Of a stretch of 64,000 bases of DNA, positions 11,470-22,093 are shown one piece after another (position 1 is the first letter of the stretch; every line of letters starts with the position of its first letter). This stretch comes from Octopus vulgaris (Eukaryota). The stretch spans positions 117,056,001 through 117,120,000 of the forward strand of contig OX597815.1 of the NCBI GenBank assembly GCA_951406725.2, written 5' to 3'. Under the pieces are notes generated by a model that made no database searches, was not told where the DNA came from, and was given only the letters and a program-made list of their open reading frames with translations. Position numbers and translations under genes: made by a program.

Positions 11470-12655
11470 ACATAAGAGGTGCAGCAATGTCAAAGGTAGG
11501 CTAACTGGGAAGATAGTTTTTGTATGTGGCAGATGCTCGGGAGCATTGACCTCCGAAAATCTGCAGAAAACAACTTCCGTCACTTTCCAGGGGAAAAAAC
11601 TAGAAGTAGTTGATAGCTTCCGTTATCTAGGTGACCAAGTCAGTAGTGGGGGTGGGTGCGCTGAAAGTGTAACTGCTAGAATAAGAATAGCCTGGGCAAA
11701 GTTTAGGGAGCTCTTACCTCTGCTGGTGACTAAAGGCCTCTTGCTCAGAGTAAAAGGCAGACTGTATGATGCATGTGTACGAACAGCCATGCTACATGGC
11801 AGTGAAACATGGGCCGTGACTGCTGAGGACATGCGTAAGCTTGTGAGGAATGAAGCCAGTATGCTCCGATGGATGTGTAATGTCAGTGTACTTACTCGAC
11901 AGAGCGTTAGTACCTTGAGAGAAATGTTGTACCTAAGAAGCATCAGTTGTAGTGTGCAAGAGAGACGATTGCGCGGGTATGGTCATGTGGCGAGAATGGA
12001 TGAAGATAGGTGTGTGAGACAGTGCCAATCCCTAGCAGTTGAGGGAACCCGTGGAAGAGGTAGACCCAGGAAAACCTGGGACGAGGTGGTGAAGCATGAC
12101 CTTCGAACGTTAGGTCTCACCATGGAAATGACTAGAGACCGAGACCTATGGAAGTATGCTGTGCGTGAGAAGACCCGGCAAGACTAGTGAAGCCATAACC
12201 CGTGGCCCCTACCTGGGACGTCAGTCCACCTGTGCATACCTTCCTTCTTGTGACACTTGTGAAGACCTGTTGAGGCAAGTGAAAATCAATCAAACCAAAT
12301 CAAAATAGATGAACATCAATGGAATTTGTATCCTTGTGGTACCAGTGCCGGTGGCACATAAGAAAACCATCCGGGCGTGGCCGTTCGCCAGCCTTGTCTG
12401 TCACCTGTGTCGGTGGCACATAAAAACACCATCCGAGCGTGGCCGTCTGCCAGCCTCGCTTGGCACCTGTGTCGGTGGCACATAAAATCACCCACTACAC
12501 TCTTGGAGTGGTTGGCGTTAGGAAGGGCATCCAGCTGTAGAATCACTGCCAGATCTGACTGGCCTGGTGCAGCCTTCGAGCTTGCCAGACCCCAGTTGAA
12601 CCGTCCAACCCATGCTAGCATGGAAAGCGGACGTTAAACGATGATGATGATGATG
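11470..12655 (+). mobile_element. 5'-truncated, fairly young RTE LINE (ORF C-terminus and full 3' UTR)
   Basis: Open 213-aa ORF (VDSFRYLG..LYDACVRTAMLHGSETWA..YGHVARM..RGRGRPRKTW). The 3' UTR has tandem GTGGCACATAA units and a (GAT)n tail. Confidence 0.92.
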
Positions 12656-14322
12656 AATGAAGTTGAATGTTTTGTAAACAATGCAAAATTTGTTAGTTTA
12701 GGATAGTAGTAAAAAAGGATTTTGTTTTGTTTTCTCTTTTTAATTCCTTCAATTTTGTTCCATTTGATTTCAAATTTGAGGTAATTTTAGCCAGTCAAAA
12801 GCCACAAGCATATTGGTGTCTGTTTCAATAGTAACAAGCCAAGCTGTTGTGTAGTCTGCTTACCCTTTCATAATGGAGATATAGAAAATCAAGTAGGATG
12901 GTGTTGATCAGGCAGACCTATAGTCAAAAGGTGCATTCAAATGCTGTACACCCCACAGTTTAAGAGTTATCTAGTGTCTTTCCTCATTTTATGACATTTG
13001 GGTGTTCTTAAGGAGGAGATTTGGCTGCTTTTTCCAACAGTTTGTTTTTTTGTAATGTAACATTCTGGTATTTTACATGTTTGTTCCAACATTACATATG
13101 ACTTATATTCATGAAAATTTAAAATTTCCATCATTGAAGCTTTTGTTGTCAGCATGCACAAAGGCCAGTTTCCAAATCTTGTTTTCTGATTTGGTAAAAA
13201 TTATCAAACTTAAAATCTCTGTAACATTTTTCTAAAAATTTCTGGAACAAGTGAATAACATCAGATTCATTGTAGCATGAAAAATATCAATATACCAAAT
13301 TTGAAAATTTTCACAGAATAGGTTGGAATGTATATTCTTAAAAACCTTAACTTTTAATAGCAACTTGCCTAAGACCACACATATTAACGTGCTCATCATC
13401 GTTGTTTTAACATCCCACCTTTCCATATTTGCATGGATTGGACAGAGTTTATTGAGGCAGATTTTTTTTATGGTCAGATCCTCCTATTGTTTCCAAGCAA
13501 CATATGACTGGACATGCTTTTGCAGAATATTGGAAATCAATTGCATTTACTATGTCAGGACAAGGAAACACAAACATATACAATGGCTTTCTTTCAGTTT
13601 CCATCTACCAAATTTACTCTCAAGGCTTTGGTCAACCCAAGCTATAGAAGACATTGCCAAAGATACTGTGCAAGATAGTTGGGGAGCAAACTCAGCCATA
13701 CTATGTCTATATGTAAAAATAAATCTTGTAGCTTGAATGTTAATTAGATTCTAATAGGTCAATACCAGCATAATACATCAATATATCTAAAACCTTTATA
13801 ATATTTATTGAACATGAATTAGAACTCATGTAGCAGTCCACTCTGTCCATTAGAAATATTTGAGGAAAGACATGTAAAGCAAATAAAATTATAATCAATT
13901 TGCAAGTATTTCAGTGTTGGCTAGCTCTCTCTCCACTGGGCTCATAATGAGCATTCTAGACTGGAATTGTCATTGAAAAGCTGAAAGTTTTGAATGTGGA
14001 TGAAACTCTTGGCCCTTGAGTCACTTTGTAACTGCTGATTAAAAATAATATGTGTATATATACTCATGTATTTGATCGATTGTGTTTGTTCTGTCTAACT
14101 ATACATGTATACAAGTGTGAAAATGGGCTATTCACAATCAGTAGGACGGTAACAGGCTACCTCAATAAAGTTATAGATATATTAATAAAGAAATACCAAG
14201 GCTGTTTTCATGTTGAAGAGCACAGTAAATTTATATGCAGTCATCAGGCTGGTAAGATTGTGAGTGACAAGGAATTGAAGGTCTAGTCTGAATGCTTGCA
14301 AGATGGTAAAAGGCTTTGGTAT

Positions 14323-15122
14323 TGTTATATCCTTATTCCTCCAGTACCGTAGTATGGTTGATATTGTCGATGATAAAGAATACACTGTAACAATGGCAGT
14401 AACAAATGCTCAACGAACCAACAGTCAGTATTTCCAACACACTAACTCAAACTGTGAAACTGTACCTGGACTTTGAAGACTAAACTATGAACAGACAACT
14501 TTGTCAGGTTGCTACTATTTATATGTAGTTGTCCAGTCTATTCTCGTCAGAGGCTGTCATATTCTTACCACATCTCCCCAAGGAATAAATAAATTTTATT
14601 TATTATTTTTTAGTATCTTTTTCGCTGTGGCCTTATCTCAAGGTGTTCCGGTCTAGAATTTGAAATAGGAATTTGAATTTTTACACAATAGTACTTTCTA
14701 TAGTATGCAGGAAACATAATACCCTCCTCCAGATTATAATTGAATTCATAAATTGAGTTTGCCATGCCATCTGGTGTAAACTAACTTACCAAATTTTCAG
14801 ACTTCCTTGACTGTAACCCAATTAACTGTTGTTGCTGTAACCTACATGAGCTTCAAAAAATCCTCATCACCAGATGTTATATCCTTACACCTCCAATATC
14901 ATAGTATGGTTGATATTGTCAACAATAGATAAAGAATACACTAACAGTGTTATAACAACACAGAACAGAAACAGCAGCAGTAACAAACCAACAATCAATA
15001 TTTCCAACACACTAACTCATACTGTAAATTGTACCTGAGCTTTGAAGACCGAACTGTGAACTACGTCAGATATGTAGTGATCCAATCTGTTCTCATCAGG
15101 GTGTCATATTCTCACTGCAACA
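14323..15122 (-). mobile_element. Complete non-autonomous mini LTR retrotransposon (TRIM-like, Gypsy-derived)
   Basis: Two ~250-bp TG..CA direct repeats (14323-14572 and 14875-15122), PBS TGGTGATGAGGAT, PPT GGGGAGA, and a 5-bp TSD GGTAT on both sides. Confidence 0.88.
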
Positions 15123-15175
15123 GGTATTGAAATAAACCCTAGCTCTTTTTAACTAATGTTTCTATTTTATTTCAG

Positions 15176-15294
15176 AGAGGAATCGTCCTTCAAAAGCTTA
15201 TACCAGGATAGAGTTGAAAAAAGATCCCAGAAGAACATTGACATCTATCAGGAAAATGGTCAAAAAGAACAGATATCGAGTAGACCTAAAAATG
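15176..15294 (+). CDS. RPL28: RPL28 coding exon 3
   Basis: (K)RNRPSKAYTRIELKKDPRRTLTSIRKMVKKNRYRVDLKM. Phase matches the previous exon; donor GTAGGT. Confidence 0.95.
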
Positions 15295-16078
15295 GTAGGT
15301 TTTAACTTAAATTAAAACGAGCGTCTAATCCATGCTATCATGGATAAGAGAATGTTAAACTGAAGAATTGGTGTCAATTATAAAATGTGGATCTTGCTTT
15401 TTGTGGGGATTACTGGCTCTATTTCTGCTTGTGATCGGATATTCTCTCTCTCCTCCAGCAGTTATACATATACACACACACACACAGACTTCTATTAATG
15501 CAAGTATTTCACTAATTTGTGATATTTGTATAAAGGACTTAATGACATTTGAAGGACCCCATTCAAGGCCATTTGATTCATTTGTAAGGATCCCCCCTTT
15601 TCTGAATCTTACCCATAGACATGGCAACTTCTCCATCTCAGAGTTAAGCAAGCTGTGTGCCTTCTCCATCCAAGTACATTCATTGTGTTTCACCTCTAAA
15701 TAATTTTCTCCCAGTTAACTTGCATGTATTCATTCACCAATAAGTATGGGGCCAAATAAGAGAAAGAAGTAAGCAAAGATTGGGTATTTTTGTATATTTG
15801 CCTCTAGTTAGCTAAGATTCATTAGTTGTTTGTTCTCAGGGCTTAATTTCTAAGGACAGGGAGAATTGTTTTCCTGTCTTAAACTAATTTAATCACTTAA
15901 TAAGTGTCATATTGTAACCTAGTGCAGTTCTGAGATTATTTTGGATGCATGCATTCCAGCTAAGTTCTTTCTTACATTGGTAGTTATAGCATTTCTATCA
16001 ATGAACAGCCTTGATGAAATAATTATGTCTTGCTGCTCTAAACGTAATGGAAGTAACATTTTTTTTTTTTCTTTTAAG

Positions 16079-16159
16079 GCTGCAATGAGAAAAGCCAGTG
16101 CCCTTATTCGCAGTCAACGTCCCGTTGTGAAAAAGGCTGGGCGTAAGAAGAAGGAATAG
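16079..16159 (+). CDS. RPL28: RPL28 coding exon 4 (final); spliced CDS 405 nt, 134 aa
   Basis: AAMRKASALIRSQRPVVKKAGRKKKE* after a poly-T acceptor. Exon lengths 81+124+119+81 keep the frame. Confidence 0.95.
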   Translation, partial: AAMRKASALIRSQRPVVKKAGRKKKE

Positions 16160-16181
16160 TTATGTACCAAGTGAACATTAA

Positions 16182-16187
16182 AATAAA
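16182..16187 (+). terminator. RPL28 polyadenylation signal
   Basis: AATAAA 23 nt after the stop codon, followed by GT/T-rich sequence. Confidence 0.7.
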
Positions 16188-17494
16188 TTTTGATTCAATG
16201 AAAATTGTGTGCAGTATTTTTTATTGATAAATGGGCTTTCAACCTCAAAACAATGGGTATTTACAGGTTGTGGGATAATTTGAAATGAAATATTTGCTTA
16301 TTTTACCATGAGATTGATCATTTCTAATGTGCATAAAAAAGATTTGCAATGACTTGTGTCTATGGTGGCAATTTTTAATCATTTAAAATTTGTCTTTTAT
16401 ATACTCATTGTTATTGTGTAAACAGTCAACTCCATTGCTGCAACCTATGTACTTATATAACCTTATATAATAGTTTGATGGGTCTGTTCTCATTTACCAT
16501 CATTCCACTTGACATGGTTCTTTGTGAGGTCCAGAATGCTGAGATTGGCATATCAAGACAATTACCTCCTCTCTAATATACTAAGAAGTTTTAAATCATC
16601 ATCAGTTGTTCTTGGTGGGTAAATGTCCTAAACTCGAGATTGGACCTCACCGTGTTTTTGTGTTCTGCAGACTCCTTCCACTTGCATCAATTGGCCCTTT
16701 GATACTCATCTATCCAATCATTTATGTATATTGAAGTTGCGCATATTTCACTACAATGTTTTTTCATATCAGCAACTTACTATCTGTTACATATAAATCC
16801 TATATGAGATCCCATTGTTTGCATTGGTACACTCAAAAGAATCTCTGTCTACTCCCTTTAATATACAGTATGGCCATTTTCTAGTTGGTTGCAGTGTTTA
16901 GGGCATTTTTAGCTTAGGAATTCTTGGGCACTGTTCTATGACAGTGACCGGGATAATTTTAAATAGCCCAGTCTACCTAAACTAAATAATTGTGGCAGAG
17001 TTGGAGCAGATCACTGCCCATTTGACAAATAATTCCTGAGTTTGTATTGTCAAGTTCAATTCCTTGTTGTAGTTTCACGTTGAAAACTTGATACTTCTCC
17101 ACTGTTGTATATATACTTCAATCTGGATAGCTACGTAAATAAAGTACAATTTAGCATTAGGAAAGGTGGCACAGTCCTGGCTTGCTAGCTCCTGTCAAAC
17201 TCCAGCTCATACCAACCTGGATGTTGTACAATGATGAATTGTATACAATTGCATGAAGTGGCTCTTGACTGAAAAATTAGGCAAATATTACTTGATCAGT
17301 GGAGCAGGCTTTAAAAAACTGGTCTGATTTAATGGGTGTCAAAAGAGGAAGGTTCATTTGATTGCAAAGGCATGAGAGTGGACAGCTGAATTTAAACCTT
17401 GCAACAGTTAACTAGCTTGGTGCTGGTCTCCAACATAAAACCAAATAGCATTCCAGTCTACATTAGCACAAGAAACCAGCTTAATACAATGCTC

Positions 17495-17835
17495 TTACTT
17501 GTTTCAATCATTTTGACTGGAGCACTGCCTTTAGTCGAGCAAATCTTACCCAGGACTTGTTATTCTTTGTAAGCCTAGTACTTATTCTATCAATCACTTT
17601 TGCCGAACTGCTAAGTTAAGGGGACATAAACACATCAGCATCGGTTGTCAAGCAATGTTGGGGGGGACAAACATATACACATACATGTATATGACAGGCT
17701 TCTTTCAGTTTCCGTCTACCAAATCCACTCGAGGCTTTGGTCAGCCTGAGGCTATAGTAGAAGACACTTGCCCAAGGTGCCACACAGTGGGACTGAACCC
17801 GGAACCATGTGGTTGGTAAGCAAGCTACTTACCAG
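17495..17835 (-). mobile_element. tRNA-derived CORE-type octopus SINE
   Basis: Minus strand reads GGTAAGTAGCTTGCTTACCAACCACATGGTTCCGGGTTCAGTCCCACTG..CTTGGGCAAGTGTC; same family as the copies at 43325 and 44218. Confidence 0.8.
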
Positions 17836-18014
17836 TTTCCTTTAGTGTCCGTCTACCAAATCCACTCACAAGTCTAATTAGCCCGAGGCTATATTAGAAG
17901 GCCCTTGCAGTAAGACTGAACCTGGAAGGAAACTAATCACAGCCATGCCCGTACCTATAAGCTAAGATTTCAGTTTTCATAAATGGTTGCAGAAAAATTG
18001 TATAAATTTATATA

Positions 18015-18345
18015 TCATCATCATCGTTTAACGTCCGTTCTCCATGCTAGCATGGGTTGGACGGTTCGACCGGGGATCTGGGAAGCCAGAAGGCTGCACC
18101 AGGCTCCAGTCTTATCTGGCAATGTTTCTACAGCTGGATGCCCTTCCTAACGCCAACCACTCCGTGAGTGTAGTGGGTGCTTTTTACGTGCCACCTGCAC
18201 AGGTGCCAGGCGAGGCTGGCAACGGCCACGGTCAGATTGGTGTATTTTATGTGCCACCGGCACGGAAGCCAGTCGAGGTGGTGCTGGCATCGGCCACGAG
18301 TCGGATAGTGCTTTTTACGTACCACCAGACCAGGGATCCTGGCTG
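18015..18345 (-). mobile_element. RTE 3' tail copy
   Basis: CATCATCATCGTTTAACGTCCGTTCTCCATGCTAGC..., the reverse complement of the tail at 12300-12655. Confidence 0.85.
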
Positions 18346-18377
18346 GTTCAATATATATATATATATATATATATACA

Positions 18378-19841
18378 CAGGGTAGCCCAAAAGTAGGTTA
18401 ACAGTAGGCGTCAGCAACCTAAACCAGGCTGCGGGCTGCACCCCTCTCCCAGCCTGCAAAAATAACAAAATCAATGATAATTGTAATTTGAGCCTTTATT
18501 AAGACTTGCAGTAATCACAGTATGAAACAATGTGAAGGCTGCTGATGCTTAGAAAGAGATAGAGTCAATGTCTGGCTTGATGGATGAGGAGAACATCTTG
18601 AAGATGATCGTCAAAGCTGTGCTCTCGTCTTGTTCTTCGTCAGCTTCATGCGGCTGAACAGCTGCTCACAAGAGTATGTGGACCCAAACAAGGAAGCTAA
18701 GCACATGGTCTCCCGAACAAGAGCTGGGAAATCATCCCTGCTGCTGTGGAAAAACATGGCAAGCTGAACCGTGTCCTTGATGTCAGTCGACTCATCCAAG
18801 GTAATAGAGAAGCGAGTGGACTGACACATGTCCTTCAGGGTATCTTGGACATGGGTGGCCATCTCCTCTACGTGGCGGGTCATGATCCTGGCTGATGGCC
18901 TCAAACTCACTCAACTTGTTAGGACACATGTCCTTAACCACAGCCATCATGCACACCTTGAAGAATTTGCCATGGGTAAACCGCTTGAGGTTGGTAGCCA
19001 CAAGGTGTGCAACATGGTAGCTGACCCGAGTGATACTCTCAGAAGCTGCTTCCATCAAAGAGATGATCCTCTTCATGAAGGCATGTTGGTTCTCCAGCCA
19101 CGCATTCAGACGCCTGAACTCTGCCTTCTTGTCATCAGGTAACGCAGCTTGCTTGGGGTGCACTGAAGTGAAGTGACGCTTCACATTGCATCCCTTCATA
19201 ATGGTGACAATCTCATGGCAGATGACACAAAGCTTTTCCCTTGCGCTCGACAAAGAACACTTACCATTCCTTCTTGGAGGAGCAGTTCTTGTCCAACAGC
19301 TGCCTCTTCTATGCAGGTTGGGTACCTTCAGCCATCTAAAATACAAAAAATATTTATAACCAAGTCAATTGGAATAGAAGCAAAAAATAACTTATCGTAC
19401 ACTGATACTATACTACAGTATTGGTCAAAAGGATGATTTCCTCTTTCTAACTCTATTAAAATTCTTCTCCAAAGTTATGTTTATTCTGTGTCAGTACCAT
19501 GAAAGTAGGATGCTGTTCTGGCTGGGGAGAAGACGGCTGCTGATTGGCTCCATTAAATTTACTGTCAGTTCAAAAAACCCCACTGGGTCGTGGGAAATGT
19601 CTCACGGGCCACAGGTTGTCGACGCCTGGTTTACAGTTACTCAACTATCTCTTTCACATTCATATAATAGTTTAGATCTTAATTATAAAAAAATATGAAA
19701 CCATTATTCTATGCTAATTTAGTTAATTTTGTCAAGCTCCCTTTTCAGTTTGTAAGATAAAAATTTAAATGTAATAAAATGCTTTAAAAGAAATTTAAAG
19801 TGCCTACTTGATAACTGTAAACCTACTTTTGGGCCACTCTG
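18378..19841. mobile_element. Tc1/mariner-type MITE interrupted by a hAT element
   Basis: Left TIR CAGGGTAGCCCAAAAGTAGGTT(A)ACAG and right TIR ACTGTAAACCTACTTTTGGGCCACTCTG. Confidence 0.7.
18405..19628 (-). mobile_element. Internally deleted hAT (Charlie/SPIN, GTF2IRD2-like) transposon
   Basis: Zn-BED-like CVICHE..NVKRHF, FSITLDESTD (catalytic D) and the hAT dimerisation motif FGSTYSCEQLFSRMK. TIRs (T/C)AGGCGTC..CAACCT; 8-bp TSD GTTAACAG/GTTTACAG. Confidence 0.88.
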
Positions 19842-20205
19842 TGTGTATGTGTAATATAGAATCCACTGGATACTCAAGTAAAGAGCAGTGTTACAATTAT
19901 TTTTACTCTAATCAAATTGTCTGGGTTGTATGTTTTGATATCTCACCTTTTAACTCTTGTTACCAAATCTCTGTTGAAATACTTTGCCTTTGTTTCAATT
20001 TGAAAAGTAATGATAGCATGGCTGTGTAGTTGAGAAGCTTGGAAGCCTGTTGTGTATGTTGGGTCTCACAGAGGCAATGACAATTGATTGAGACCTTTGG
20101 CAATTTGCTGTGCTTGAGAAGACACGTCAAGCCAAGTGAACACATAATCATGGCCAGTGCCGGTGACACAAAAAAGGCACCCACTACATACAATAGGTGC
20201 ATGTA

Positions 20206-22093
20206 TCAATGTAATCTCCCGTGTTCTCCTTGAATTTATCTAGATGAGCATCAAGGATATAGTCCTTGAGGGATATTCTGCAGCCTGTTTTGCCATAGTT
20301 CTTCACTAAGTTCTCAACAAGCTCCCCATAGTTTTCAGCTGTGGGATTCCCCAGGAAGCCCTGAACCACTGTGACAAAGTTGTCCATGCTGCTTTCTCCA
20401 TCCTAGTTAGCTTCTTTAGGGAATTTCTTGCACTCTGTGATCTTTATTTGCAGTCCAGTGAGACTTTTGTCTCAGAGAGCTTAGGGAAGAAGTCTTGAAG
20501 GCTGCAGACTCCTTGTCTAGAGCTGTAACAAATTGTTTCACAAGGCCCAATTTTATGTGCTGTGGTAAAATAAAACTTTTTGTGGGTCCAACAGTAGCTC
20601 CCATTAAGACCTTGTTTCTCCTCACACTAAACTGGGTCCATTGTGGCCAGGCCTGCCTATGGTAGTATGCCACAGTGTTCCTGCTGTTCCAGAGGCAAAG
20701 ATAACATGGAAACTTGGCAAAGCCACCTTGGAGACCCATAAAGAAGGTCACCATTTTGAAGGCTCTGATAACTTCCCAACCCTTCTCTTCATATTTCAAG
20801 GCATCTAGCAAGATCTTGATGCTGCTGTATTCCTCTTTGAGCTGCACCGAGTGAGCCAGGGAAGAGATGGATACATGTTCCCATTATGAAGTGCCTGGGT
20901 TTTGAGACTCCTGGATGAGCTGTCAATGAAGTGGCATCACACATTAGGATTACAGGCAATTCCAGTTGAACTGACTGGACACATTGTAGCAGAAGCAAAG
21001 TCCATCTTGACAGGTGAAAAAGCTTGAAATATACTGGTGACACATTTTGAGAGACCAAGATCAGTCATTGAGGTCTTCTTAGTTGGAGTAGTATGGGTTT
21101 CTTTCCTCAGCTGCACCTCTGTAATCTGGATCAATTACTTCATCCTCTTATGTGCTACTCTGTCTTTGGAGGAGTGGGTATGGGGTGCTCAGGGCTGTGT
21201 GGAATTGGGGAGATGGATGACAGAAGGTTTGGATATATAGTAGCATTCTTGCCAGCTCGACATTTGGAAGGCTCCACCTTGCAGAAGAAACAATTGTTTA
21301 AGTGATCAGTTGGTTCCCTCCAAATTCATGGGATTGTGAATGTCATGGCTCTATTTTCCCCTCCGCACCATTCTGCGAAAGAGTAAAATAAATAAATATG
21401 AGTATAAAAATACAAAGATTTCACTGAGTGTTATTAAAAAACATGTGTTAAATAATGTTTCAATAATACTGATTAAGAAAATAAATAACATTTGAATAAA
21501 AAAACATTCCATAACTTTAACACTTAAAAATCTCACTATCAAAACAACTAAAACTTTCCATCTTACCTTCTAGAGTTCATTTGCAGAGTTTGCATGTGAA
21601 ATAAGGTACCCAGGGTTTGTCTTGTTCCCTGACAGATATACCAAAATATGTCTTGTAAGCCTCACACATTTTAGTAGATGTTACCAGAGAGTACATTTTC
21701 ACTCTTGTCTTGATACATTTGCCACAGACATAGCAAGATATGTCTGCCAGAAGCTTAGAACCTCTTGATGCCATGTGATGAATGCAGCTATCAATGACAT
21801 CTTGTCTCCACTTGAACAGGAAGAAGTAAACATAGATCCCCATATCTATGTTGCCAGAATGTTCTAGAAATTCTTGAAACATTTAGAAAATTCTGCTTCA
21901 GTAACCAAGTGTTGAATCTCTCTGAAATGTAATGGAAAATTGGTCAGTTTCAAAACATTGATGTCCAGGTTGCAAAAGAAAAATCTGGAGGGAATAGTAG
22001 TTATTTCCTTTGATTTATAGGTAGAAGCAAATAGGAAGTAACACTTACTAACCAAAGACAAAAAAAAAAATAATATAATTTTGTTTCATAGTG
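20206..22093 (-). mobile_element. Chapaev3 (CMC) transposon, 3'-truncated, with an intron
   Basis: CAC 5' terminus at 22093. N-terminal CYVCG..YFG..QDKPW..C..C, then WREPTDH..CFFC, MGLQGGFAKFPCYLCLWNSR, HIKLGLVKQFVTALD and LDAHLDKF. GT-AG intron at 21566-21373. Confidence 0.8.

Noticed and set aside
11546-12187. 213-aa ORF as a host gene
   Set aside because: It is the C-terminus of an RTE LINE ORF, with no ATG start and a LINE tail.
12900-12945. Short resemblance to SNORA53 (TATAGTCAAA..GGTG)
   Set aside because: A similar motif occurs inverted near 39030 in a decayed repeat, so it is repeat-derived.
15850-15980. Two small hairpins plus ACA in the last RPL28 intron
   Set aside because: No well-placed H box or pseudouridylation pockets could be defined by eye.
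18611-19346. GTF2IRD2/EPM2AIP1-like domesticated gene
   Set aside because: Frameshifts, a large internal deletion, TIRs and a TSD show it is a dead hAT element.
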